A DNA stretch of 63,819 nucleotides, filler included, from Octopus bimaculoides (taxonomy: Eukaryota), in assembly GCF_001194135.2 (NCBI RefSeq). It is 7 parts of 7 records of this genome, joined end to end, with 100 filler letters (N's around TTAATTAATTAA, not from the genome) between each part and the next. Parts side by side here need not be neighbours in the genome. Positions count along the whole stretch, not along the records: positions 8,335 to 14,234 come from NC_068982.1; positions 14,335 to 33,357 come from NC_068981.1; 5 more parts are not named here. The stretch is one strand, 5' to 3'. Of this stretch, positions 12,270 to 24,225 are shown piece by piece. Within the stretch, counting starts at the first letter, position 1, and each line of letters starts with the position of its first letter. The position numbers and the translations under genes are program-made. The notes beneath the pieces are model-generated. The model was not told the DNA's origin. It did not search any database and worked only from the letters and a program-made list of their open reading frames with translations.

Positions 12270-12455
12270 AATATGCAGACGGATGCCGATTCGGTACAAG
12301 ATGGTAGCTCTTCTGTTGCGAGAATTATATTACATAATATTTCTAGAGCTCAGAAAAGTAGTGTTTAATTAATACAGTAAAATGATAAAATTATGTTGCT
12401 CTTTATTATTATCATTATTGTTGTTGCTATAATAATAATAATAATAATAATAATA

Positions 12456-12554
<99 letters not shown>

Positions 12555-12712
12555 GCAACAACAATAATGATAATAATAAAGAGCAACATAATTTTATCAT
12601 TTTACTGTATTAATTAAACACTACTTTTCTGAGCTCTAGAAATATTATGTAATATAATTCTCGCAACAGAAGAGCTACCATCTTGTACCGAATCGGCATC
12701 CGTCTGCATATT
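12270..12712. repeat. Perfect inverted repeat (161-bp unique arms) around a (TAA)n/(TTA)n centre
   Basis: 12270-12430 is the reverse complement of 12552-12712. The ORF track shows the identical peptide on both strands (12365-12589 minus, 12393-12617 plus). Confidence 0.97.
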
Positions 12713-12789
12713 TAGCAAGAATATTATTAAATGTAAACACAAGAATATTGTCTTTATTAATTCATTGCCTTTAGTAATTTAAGAATCTA

Positions 12790-12892
<103 letters not shown>

Positions 12893-13222
12893 AAATTCCG
12901 GATGAAATAGATGTAATTCAAATATATGTGATCTCGGCATTGTGGAAAAACAACACGAGTAGCTACATGACCTTTTATGAGAAAGACATCAAGCTGTTGC
13001 AGCCAATGAGTATATTTTAAGACATACAATAATTATGAATGATGTATTTCCTTATCTTGCGGGCCATCACTGTTTGTTATAGCCTTTCAGTCATGCTCTG
13101 AGATATAGCTATACAAACGTAAATTTGCACCAGGCTCTTCAATCACTTACACAGTTTTGCAGCGAATAAAGAAATATTTCTCATGTTAGCATTAACAAAT
13201 CTTTATAGTCAATCTATATAAC

Positions 13223-13279
<57 letters not shown>

Positions 13280-13354
13280 TCATGCATACATACATACATA
13301 CATACATACATAAACAGGTAGATATTGATATATATTTATATAGAGAGAGAGAGG

Positions 13355-14180
13355 TGGGTAACAACAGCATTGACATTGGACCTGTGATAGATACATTACA
13401 TCACATTTCGATGGATATGCTTTCGCCAACGACTACAAAGTACTTGACAAACAAGAGAGACAAGGATACCACCAAATTTTCCACGTTGTGATAGAAAATG
13501 TAAGATCTACAATACCAGTGTGGAAGACATCACCGATATTATGAGCAACTACCCCACAATGTCTACGAGATAATATCTGCTCCTGAGGCAGACTGTGTAC
13601 AATGTTATCTGCTGGGAAGAGTGCCCTGGGGTATACATCAAAGGCATGTTAAAACCAGCACGTTTTCACACCTTTAAAAACCAAGAATACTAGTAGAACA
13701 CTCCAATATGAACAGCAATTCGGTGCAAACATAATAGACCGGTTATTGCTATGTGGAGATGAAGGAACAAAAGTCATGCACTATTGTAGAGGCTAGCTGT
13801 GAAACAAATGTGAATGTATCATCAAAAGTCCTCGAAAATGGACATACAGCTCTTGTACCCCGACAATATATTTTCATTTGTACCTATTTTCATAGGTGTA
13901 TTAGGCTATGTACCTACAAATTTATAGAAAAACCTAGAAATACTGGGATTTTCGGAGAATGAGAAAAAGAAAATCACGTAGATTCTCAAAATCCAATCTA
14001 TTCGCAGCACTTTCAAGATTTAAAAGACATTCCAAAGATTCTCCATCTTAAATTTTTTAGATGTATACGCCGACACCTCTACCAACACACCAACGCAACC
14101 ACATATTTGCAAACACCAGGGACTCTTTTGATTCACAAAGTATAGTTGCTTAGTTAGTGACCGGCTTGAGTTCTCTTAAA
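13355..14180 (+). mobile_element. Decayed RLE-type non-LTR retrotransposon 3' part (same group as 10138)
   Basis: TSHFDGYAF..TKYLTNKRD..CDRKCKIYNTSVEDITDIMSNYPTMSTR*YL..R (decayed CCHC knuckle)..KHNRP..SCTIVEASCETNVNVSSKV (PD..ExS-like). Followed by a CA-rich microsatellite. Confidence 0.78.
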
Positions 14181-14399
14181 AGAACTTGATACACACACAC
14201 ACACATACACACTCACATATATATAGATATATATNNNNNNNNNNNNNNNNNNNNNNNNNNNNNNNNNNNNNNNNNNNNTTAATTAATTAANNNNNNNNNN
14301 NNNNNNNNNNNNNNNNNNNNNNNNNNNNNNNNNNATTTTAATTTTTAATAAATTAATTTTAATTGGGTTTTTACCTGTAATTTTGGATTTTATCCCTAA

Positions 14400-14478
<79 letters not shown>

Positions 14479-14894
14479 ATGCTGAAGTGGATTATTTGAT
14501 GTTGTTTAGCTCCAGTTGATTCCTGACTGAACTAGCTGACCTCTGACCAAAGGTTTTACAGCTATGATGAACCATTTCATCTTTTCAGATAATATTTATT
14601 TACTTGTTTAAAATGATAAGGCATGTATTTTGAAGGACACATATTAACTGTTCCTTCCAGTTAAAACTCATTGGTTGATGAGTATGTAACTTGAAGTACA
14701 GTGTCTCAAATATTGCTCAGTTTTTTCCAGTGATATTCCCTCATACATTCATATACTATATACTCAGATTAAGTAAGGTTGGATGTAGGGTATTGATTTA
14801 ATTTTACTGACAATAGTTACATATTAATTGTAGTGTGTTAAATTAGCTCACATGAACTGGATGAATTTGCAGTGTTTGTCACTGCATATATATC

Positions 14895-15262
14895 TTGTAT
14901 CTTTTACTTGTTTCAGTCATTGGAATACAGCCATGCTGGGGCATCACCTTGGAGTGCTTAGTTGAACAAATCAACCCCAGTAATTATCTTTTCAAATCTG
15001 GCGCTTAGTCTATCAGTCTCTTTTGCAAAACCACCAAGTTATAGGGATGTATACAAACCAATGCCAGTTGTCAGGCAGTGGTAGGGACAATGTAAAGAGA
15101 AATATACACACACCTGGACATATATACATATATGATAGACTTCTTTCAGTTTCTGTCTACCAAATCCACTCCCAAGTAGAAGGTACTTGGTGAAGTTGCC
15201 ATGCAGTGGGACTGAACACAGAACCATGTGGTTGGGAAACAAACTTCTTACCACACCAGCCC
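14895..15262 (-). mobile_element. SINE family A copy (CpG-decayed)
   Basis: Homologous to 10765-11183 with many CG>TG/CA changes. Confidence 0.85.
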
Positions 15263-15484
15263 CTATATGTGTACATGTGTATATTTAATTTTCTTAGCTT
15301 TTTAATCTGGTTTGCAAGATTCATTATGTGCATTCATGTGTTGAAGCAAATTGTGTTGTGTCTGGGGAGAATCATATTGTCTTAATGCCTTATTTCAATT
15401 TCCAGTTTGAGTTCCACTCGTTTACTATTTATATTTTTTTAAGAGGTTTCTAACCAAATCTATTATCTCTCTCTCTTTGTTTAG

Positions 15485-15643
15485 GATGCTGAGAAGTATT
15501 TGAAAGAATCTCAAGCTATTGAAACCCGTGCAAATTCAATCGCTAGTGTAACTGATTCTTTATCAGATCAAGTAAATAAAATGAATTCTTCTGTAAATTC
15601 CATGAAAGACAGTTCAGAAGAAGACACTGATGCAGTGAACAAT
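15485..15643 (+). CDS. LAMC1: Laminin gamma chain, third-last coding exon (coiled-coil)
   Basis: Polypyrimidine tract plus TTAG acceptor at 15484, donor GTAAGA at 15644. 159 nt, phase 0/0: DAEKYLKESQAIETRANSIAS..EEDTDAVNN. Splices in frame to the next two exons. Confidence 0.85.
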
Positions 15644-15691
15644 GTAAGAGGAGGTTTTGTTTGTTTGTTTATTTATTTATTTATTTTTTTT

Positions 15692-15905
15692 TATCTTATA
15701 CTTGTTTCAGTCATTAAATTGTTGAAAATGCTGGAATACATTCAGAAAGAGTTGTTGAACAAATCGATGCCAATACTTATTGTTTTAATTCTTGCACTTA
15801 TTCTATTGATTTCTATTTGTTGAACCACTAAGTTATGAGGATGTAAAAATCTAACATTGGCTGTCAAGCTGTGGGTGAGGGACAAACACAAGCACACAAA
15901 TGTAG

Positions 15906-15958
<53 letters not shown>

Positions 15959-16108
15959 ATGGGCTTCTTTCAGCATCTGCCTGCCAAATTCACTCATAAG
16001 GCTTTGGTTGGCCCAGGACTTTAATAGGATACATCTGCCCAATACCACACAGTGGGACTGAACCCAAAATTATGTGGTTAAGAAGGAGGCTTCTTACCAC
16101 ACAGCCTG
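15692..16108 (-). mobile_element. SINE family A copy
   Basis: Homologous body and head, internal (CA)n. Confidence 0.85.
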
Positions 16109-16149
16109 TGCTTATATATATATATATATTTAACTCTAAAGTATTCACC

Positions 16150-16570
16150 TTGGATCTCTGTGCCCTAAATTCAAAATTCTGCTGATGTCAACTCTGTCTT
16201 TCATCTCTTCAAGGCTGGTAAATAAAACACCAGTCCCATACTGTTAACATTTTCTTCTGTCTATATTGAATGATTGAGGGTGGGTGTTGAAAGTAGATAA
16301 TAGGTGCCAAAGTACAAGTTAAAAGATGAATTATATTTCTCATATTGTTACCTTAGCTGTCTGTAGTGCAGTCTAGTTTGCTTTAAATAGATAGCACACA
16401 ATATGTACATGCACGTGTGTGAACAAGTTAGAAGAGTTGTAAGAGCATCAGATTGAATACTATGAAGTATTCGTCTCAGATCTCTCTGTGCCCTAAATTC
16501 AAATTCTGCTGATGTCAACTTTTTCTTTCATCTCTTGAGGGTTGGTTAGCAGTCCCATACTGGGGTCATC
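16150..16570 (+). mobile_element. Two decayed SINE family B-like fragments (16150-16245, 16480-16570)
   Basis: Both contain CTCTGTGCCCTAAATTCAAA(A)TTCTGCTGATGTCAACT..CTTTCATCTCTT, resembling the family B core. Confidence 0.6.
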
Positions 16571-17488
16571 TGTATGTCTTCCTTCCTTCCTTTCTTTCTT
16601 TCTCAAACATGGAGAGAGTTCAAAATGTCTAAAACCTGACAGCATCTCTACAAATCCATCCTTAAGGAGGGTGTGCCATCCTAAGAAGGAAGTGTCACAT
16701 GATGAAACAAGAATATTACTGTGAGCAAAAGTAACACAGTAAGATTGAAACTTGGAAGTTAGTTTTGTTTCAAAGTTGATGTCAAATATCACTTCACCTA
16801 CTGAAAAATATGAAAACTCACCCAAGAGAGACAACCCTAGTACATCAAGCGCGGTCCCAGGAATTTTTCGAAGAGAGGACACCAAGTCAGAAGGGAATAC
16901 AGTTTCTAGAGAAAAGGGTGTAATAACATTATTTAGAAGCCCCCCACCNNNNNNNNNNCCTTGGGTCTGCCTCTGTACATGACAGCTGCTTTTGATATGA
17001 GCCCTGTAACGAGAATGATAAAATATCAATTTATTGTGCTCAAGATCTTAATTAAGAAGTTAAGGAGGGAAAATTAAAAATTTAAGTTAATTAGTCCAAT
17101 CTTCTGTCAGTTCTACTACTCCATAGCCTACTACAACAACAACAAGTTTCAAAGAATATAGAATGATAGATAAGATGGTTTAGTTGTCTTGCATGCATCT
17201 TTGACAGATTTGGCTGGTGGTATTTCTTTGCTTGTAACCCTTGTCTTGAACACAAGGAATCTTTGTGTCAACCTATATAACACAATCTGCTGCTAGCATT
17301 CAAACAAGGTCTGCAGGCTGATGAAAATGCAATATTTTGATGTGTTGTTTCTGATTATGGTTTTTTTTTCCCCTTCCTTCACCTCACCAAACTAAGAGGT
17401 CTTGTCAGAAAGACCATTGCTATTTCCTTTCTCTTCTGACTAAGCTTTAACAAAATACTTTATCTTCCTGAATTCTTTCTCTATTTAG

Positions 17489-17588
17489 GCTGCTGCAAAA
17501 GCAAGTCGAGCAAAAGACAATGCAGATGAGGCGTTAAGCAAAATTAAAAAGGCTCTTGACACTGTGAATGAAATAAACAATGTTCTTG
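17489..17588 (+). CDS. LAMC1: Laminin gamma chain, penultimate coding exon
   Basis: TTTAG acceptor at 17488, donor GTAAGT at 17589. 100 nt, phase 0/1: AAAKASRAKDNADEALSKIKKALDTVNEINNVL. Confidence 0.88.
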
Positions 17589-17639
17589 GTAAGTAAAAGT
17601 TCTTTTTGTGCTTTATTTATATTTATCACCATCATATTA

Positions 17640-17859
17640 TATATGAGGGAGTGCTGAAATGTTCCTGGCTTGGGCAAAAGCAAATACAGGAGGATCAGTT
17701 AATTAAGATTTTATGTAACATATTCCCCTTTCTAGATTCACTCACTATTGAAGTGGTCCTTCAGTACTAAGCCCTGTAAAAGAACTCAGAAGGTTGGGCC
17801 TCCAACCAGACCTCTTGCGATATCCTTAAAGCCAGGAAATTTTTAGACCTCCTCATGTA
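17640..17859. mobile_element. Mariner-type MITE (~30-bp imperfect TIRs)
   Basis: Left TATGAGGGAGTGCTGAAATGTTCCTGGCTT versus right AAAGCCAGGAAATTTTTAGACCTCCTCATGTA. Confidence 0.8.
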
Positions 17860-17875
17860 TGTGTGTGTGTGTGTG

Positions 17876-18075
17876 CACGATGGGATGCTGAAAAATTCCT
17901 GGCTTTGGATAAAAGAAAATAATGATTTTATTCAATGTATTCCCCTCTTGGGTTCACACACTTACTACAGTGGTCCTTCAGTTTTTCTTAGCCCTGTAAA
18001 AGAACTTGGAAGGTTGGACCCTCAGCCAGGTTTTTTATACCTTTAAAGCCAGGAACTTTTCCCCACTCCTTCATA
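17876..18075. mobile_element. Second copy of the same MITE family
   Basis: Left ..ATGCTGAAAAATTCCTGGCTTT versus right AAAGCCAGGAACTTTTCCCCACTCCTTCATA. The interior is homologous to 17640-17859. Confidence 0.8.
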
Positions 18076-18248
18076 TCCCTCTTATCCCTCTTTTTCTGTT
18101 TAGTTGAGTGTTTAGTTGTAGGGAACTGTAAAGCATCTGCACCAATGATTTACAAATCTAAACTTAATTTTTTGTTTCAATTATTTGACTACATCTTAAA
18201 AATTCTCGCAAAAAAATATATTAATGTTATTTTGTTTTTTCTTCATAG

Positions 18249-18514
18249 ATAATCTTGATTCACAGAAAATCAACACCACTCATTTAGACATTCTTGAACA
18301 AGAAATCATCAATGTTGAAAATTTGATGAGGTCAAATGACATAGACAACCAGATGAAGATGATAAAAGAGGCATTGAAGAAGCTGACAGAGTCAGAAGAT
18401 AATTTCACTCGAGAACTTACTCAGTTAAGAGCTGATGTTAAAAATATTGAAGATATCAATAATTCCTTACCGAAAGGATGCTTCAAGCCCCTGAATCTTG
18501 AAAAGACTAAATAG
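18249..18514 (+). CDS. LAMC1: Laminin gamma chain, last coding exon
   Basis: CATAG acceptor at 18248, phase 1 matches the upstream exon. DNLDSQK..LRADVKNIEDINNSLPKGCFKPLNLEKTK* resembles the gamma-1 C-terminus (..DIRNLEDIRKTLPSGCFNTPSIEKP in human, from memory). The symbol means LAMC1/LanB2-like. Confidence 0.92.
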
Positions 18515-19675
18515 GTGAGCTCAGAGGAGAAAGACATGAAGCAAAATAAAAGTAATAATAAAAATAATAATAATTATAATGATAATATTAATACTGATAG
18601 ACCAATATCAATTGTGACATTATCAAAAATAAAATAACAACAAAAAACCCCCCAGCAGATATGAATGTTTTAAAATGAGAGAAAAAAAAATATATGTAAA
18701 AAAAAGCAAATGAAGAAATAATGTGTTTGACTTTCTGCATGATTTCTGGCTGCTGGGATGAAACTGCAGTCTTTAAATATGGTACATATTTTGCATAAAA
18801 TTTGCATACACACATTAAGAAAAAAACACACATACATATAGACACTAACATACACATTCATGCCATTCACAAACACATACAAGGAAATGTGTTCAAATTT
18901 GGATCAGTGGAGATGAAAATTAGAGAAAAACGAAAAAAGAAATTTATTTTTGTTTTTCTTTCTTCCTTCTTTACTTTCTTTCTTTTCTGTTTTCTTTTGT
19001 GTTCTGGCATTAAATATTTCTTAATCCAATCATTTGGTTCATTAAGACACTTGTTGACACCTCTAGCTTACAATTTATTTCATATAACAGCAGAAAACAG
19101 AAGAGAGATTAAANNNNNNNNNNNNNNNNNNNNNNNNNNNNNNNNNNNNNNNNNNNNNNNNNNNNNNNNNNNNNNNNNNNNNNNNNNNNNNNNNNNNNNN
19201 NNNNNNNNNNNNNNNNNNNNNNNNNNNNNNNNNNNNNNNNNNNNNNNNNNNNNNNNNNNNNNNNNNNNNNNNNNNNNNNNNNNNNNNNNNNNNNNNNNNN
19301 NNNNNNNNNNNNNNNNNNNNNNNNNNNNNNNNNNNNNNNNNNNNNNNNNNNNNNNNNNNNNNNNNNNNNNNNNNNNNNNNNNNNNNNNNNNNNNNNNNNN
19401 NNNNNNNNNNNNNNNNNNNNNNNNNNNNNNNNNNNNNNNNNNNNNNNNNNNNNNNNNNNNNNNNNNNNNNNNNNNNNNNNNNNNNNNNNNNNNNNNNNNN
19501 NNNNNNNNNNNNNNNNNNNNNNNNNNNNNNNNAAACAAATGTCATATTATATAAAATTTAAAAAACAGAACCATTATTCTGGTTGTCAAATAACATTAAC
19601 ATCCCAGTTTTTTGTTTCGTTTTTGATGAAATACAAATTAGCCCTATTTTTGTATTACTATTATTTTTATTTTAA

Positions 19676-19905
19676 GGCAATGAGCTAGCAGAAACGTTAG
19701 CACGCTGGGTGAAATGCATAACAGTGTTTCTTCTGTCTTTACGTTCTGAGTTCAAATTCTGCTGAGGTCAGTTTTGCCTTTTATCTTTTTCAGGGTCAAT
19801 AAATTAAGTACCAGTTGCATACAGGTGTCAATCTAATCGACTGCCCCACACAAAAAAAAAAAAAAAAATTTCAGGCCTTGTGCCTAGAGTAAAAAAAATT
19901 ATTAC
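19676..19905 (+). mobile_element. tRNA-derived SINE family B copy
   Basis: GAGCTAGCAGAAACGTTAGC..GAGTTCAAATTC..TTGCCTTT.ATC..GGGTCAATAAATTAAGTACCAG..CCTTGTGCC with an ATT tail. Confidence 0.88.
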
Positions 19906-19984
19906 TATTTTTATTTGTCTTTTTTTATATTTTTTGTGGTAACAGCCTTTCAAAAGATACATTGTGCAGTAATGCCACTGTCTT

Positions 19985-20244
19985 CTATCTTTTACTTGTA
20001 CTTGTTTCAGTCATTGTACTGCTGCCAGGCTGGAGCATCATCACCTTGAACGGTTTTAGTCGAATGAATTGACCCCGGTACTTATTTTCCAAAGCCTGAT
20101 ATTTATTGCTATCGGTCACTTTTGCTGAACTACTAAGTTACAGGGACATTAACAAACCAACACCAGTTGTCAAGTAGTAGTGGGGTGTAAATACCAAAAC
20201 ACACACGCCTAGATATATACATCCATATATATATATATATAAAT

Positions 20245-20290
<46 letters not shown>

Positions 20291-20487
20291 GTATGTGTAT
20301 ATATATTTATATATATATATGTGTGTGTATATATGTATATATATATGCGTGTATATGTATATATGTATATGTATATATATGTGTATATATATATGTATAC
20401 ATATGTGTATATATATATATATATAGATGTATGTAAGTATATATAATGTATATATATATGTGTGTGTATATATATATATATATATAT

Positions 20488-20568
<81 letters not shown>

Positions 20569-20692
20569 GGGCTTCTTTCTATTCCCATCTACCAAATCCA
20601 CTTATGAGGCTTTGGTTGGCCCTGGGCTGTATAAGACACTTGCCCAAGGTGCTACACAGCGGGACTGAGCCCGGAACTATGTGGGTGGGAGG
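19985..20692 (-). mobile_element. SINE family A copy with ~360-bp expanded internal TA/TG microsatellite
   Basis: Body 19985-20205, microsatellite 20206-20567, head-side 20568-20692. Confidence 0.85.
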
Positions 20693-21130
20693 CCTCACCT
20701 GCAAATATTGTCATATTTCATTATTACTTTGGCAGAATGATGGTAAATTGCCAGAGTTTGTCAGAACATCAGATATAACACTTTGTGATATTTGTTCCAT
20801 TTCTCTGCATATTCTGTGAGTTTGAATTTGCCAAGGTCACATTTGTATTTCATCCTTTTGAGATCAATAAAAGAAAATATCTGTCAAGTACTTCTGCTAA
20901 TGACTACCCCGCCCTCTCTTTCTCAAAATTTTGGTGCTTATACATCAATCAGAAATCATTATTTCTTTTTTAATCTAAGCTACTGAAGGGGGCCAGAAAT
21001 TATTTGTGTTTTTGCTTACCTACATATCTTTATACATTATCACTTATGTAGCCCCTTGCATTTTGTGTGCCAGTGTAGGTTACCACTTAGTTATGCATGT
21101 ACTTATTCCACTGTTTTTGTACAGCTGTTT

Positions 21131-21173
<43 letters not shown>

Positions 21174-21549
21174 TAGATATATAGTGTGATTCCTGCTGAT
21201 AAAGCAAAAATCTGTACATGATTTATATAACTTATAGTATTATAGACAGTTCTGTGTGTGAATATGTATATGTGCATATGTGTGTATTGTTCACATATTT
21301 GTGTATATGTATGTAGATGTGAATATATTGTTTGTTTGTGTGTGTGTGTGTGCTCACATGTACATGTAATTTTTGTGTGATGTGTATGCATATTCACACA
21401 TATAGACACATTCACACATACATATCGAGATATATATACACATATGCATATGTTCATATTTACACACACACACACATATATGCAATACATATACACACAT
21501 AAATGTATTTGTGTACTAATATGTCTGTATGTGTGAGAGTATATATGTA

Positions 21550-21606
<57 letters not shown>

Positions 21607-21789
21607 ATATATATTTTCATTCTTTAAATTTCTCGAACAAAGAATGAGCTGGTCTCTAAACTATTTAAGCCAAGTTCATGTATTGACATTATCTATTGAA
21701 ATGTGTAGATTTGTATATTATCACCTTCTGCTTGCAGAGTGTATTTTACATTGACATTTGCTGATATCATATATTAAGTATGATGGATT

Positions 21790-22008
21790 GACAGAATCAT
21801 TAGAGTACCAAACAAAATGCCTTTGCTATTTCTTTCAGCTCTTTATACATTTTGATTTCAAATCTACTAAAGTGAACTCTACGTTTTAATTTTTCTGTAT
21901 CAGTAAAATGTACCCGTCAAGTACTGTGTGGGGGTCGGTGGTGTGGATCAATGCTACTCCTTACTCCCCCAAATTTCAGGTCACAAGCCTATATTAGAAG
22001 CAATTATG

Positions 22009-22057
<49 letters not shown>

Positions 22058-22168
22058 TCTTTCATGTTTCCATTTCTTGCTGAGTGTCTTCCTGACACCT
22101 AGGGGAAAGAAACTCACTGTATACCTTGGTAGGCCATTAAAATAAACACACCAGATTGTATACATTGC

Positions 22169-22224
<56 letters not shown>

Positions 22225-22545
22225 TAACAACAAGAGTGATGAATTATTAGGATCAGTTGAGTATCAGAGAAAATGTCTTGCAACATTTAGTTATATTTTT
22301 CTGTGTTCTTAGTTCAAATCCTGCCAAAGATCAGCTTTGCTTTACAGCTTTCTGAGGTTGACAAAATAAAGTACCAAACAAATACTGATGTTGATGGNNN
22401 NNNNNNNNNNNNNNNNNNNNNNNNNNNNNNNNNNNNNNNNNNNNNNNNNNNNNNNNNNNNNNNNNNNNNNNNNNNNNNNNNNNNNNNNNNNNNNNNGATC
22501 TTCTCAAAATTGCTGATCTTGTGCCTAAATTAGAAATTATTACTT
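21790..22545 (+). mobile_element. Two decayed SINE family B copies (21790-21995; 22245-22545, gap-interrupted) with (TTA)n arrays between
   Basis: Homology to the family B core and tail. Confidence 0.65.
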
Positions 22546-23311
22546 TCAAATATTCACTGTTACTGCTCAAAAACAAAAGTTCTCATACATATACAATACC
22601 AATATACTTATACTACAATCCTGTCTTCTCTCCACTCACTCACATACACAGACATACATACCGAATTCCCAAGTCTTCTGGATTGAATAAACTTTGCTGA
22701 TGAGATCTAATTAGATTGAAACATGACAATTGTTTTCATCAGTGGGTTTTAAAGACAAAGTCCACACCTAACTGTATTGTCATGTTTTGAAAAATTTCAT
22801 CTAATTGGTATTATATGAATTATCTTCCTTGGTTGTTTTTTAGTTATCACATACTCACATAGGGATTTTTTTCTAGTATTAACAGGTTTTTAACTCACTA
22901 TATTACACACGGAAAGACCAAGCTACATATTTGTGTGCATATGTTTTAAGTGTTCAGTTATTTTCTATGATCTATAGTAAATTCTACTTTACTCTGGTTC
23001 CTGTTGTGTCAAGTGAAGGAGACTGAATAGAATGCTAGTCAGCAGTAACTTTCTCAGAAATATCAGAAAATAAATATGGAATAAAGTAATATAATGGCTA
23101 GAACTAACTGTGTTAAAGTGGATATCTCGGTCCATGCCTATCTTCAATTGTCTCTTTCATTCTCTCTCACATATATGTATATGTGTATGTATACATGTGC
23201 ATACATGTATTTATGTATTATATATGCTTGTGTGTGTGAGCATGTATCTGAAGTGTGTATATGTGTGCATGTATAGTAATATATGCATGTGTTTATAGAT
23301 ATCTGTTTATG

Positions 23312-23353
<42 letters not shown>

Positions 23354-24074
23354 CACACACACGTGCACATAGTTATATAATGGCATACACACATTGATAC
23401 ATACCTGTTGACTGTTTATTCAGGTAACTTGGTCATGAAACAGAATGCTGTCAATGAATAAAGTGTTAGTTCCATATATATGTATGTATAAAATACACAC
23501 CTACACGTACACGAAGTAGCATAGGTATGTTCTCATCAATCCAAACGCACACAACTCCTGATCAATTCTCATAAACTTAGTCATTTTTGCATACCTGTTC
23601 ACACTATGTATGCCAGCTTATGTAGTGTTTAAATTTCTCCATATGTTTGTATTTATGATGTATAACTTTTGGATGTGTGTAACTTTTCAAAAATCGATGC
23701 AGGCATTCATACATTATTACACAGAAGCTTATGCATACCCATCATCAGTGCATGAATAAGCTGCAAGATTGCAAGACTGACTTTTTACTCATGAAACACA
23801 TAAAGATGTTAGCAAATGCATATGTGTTTTCATATGTGTCATATATACATACATATATATATAGTTCACAGATGAGATCCAGAAATTCTCCATATAGAAG
23901 ACAATAGTGCTCAAAAGATTCAAACTTAGATTCTGATGTCTTTATAGGAGGTTATTTCACAGGGTAAAGAAAGGCTATGTGTCTAATTTGTTTATCCGTA
24001 TAATTGCCTCTACATATATATTCATATGTACGTTTTCACATGTATCATATAATTAATTAATGTTTCCTTCTCAA

Positions 24075-24225
24075 GTCATTTTAGGCTCATGAGGGCTGGT
24101 TTCTTGGTTTCAATGACGTATATATTCCACATGTGAATGGGATGCTGGTCTGTCGCAGGATTACGCATTTTTGCTAGCTGAGTGGATTGGAACAACGTGA
24201 AATGAAGTGTTTTGCTCAGAAAATA
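24075..24225 (-). mobile_element. SINE family C-related fragment (central domain plus alternative 3' part)
   Basis: AGCTGAGTGGATTGGAACAACGTGAAATGAAGTGTTTTGCTCA is the reverse complement of the family C central domain. The rest is homologous to 37237-37330. Confidence 0.7.
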
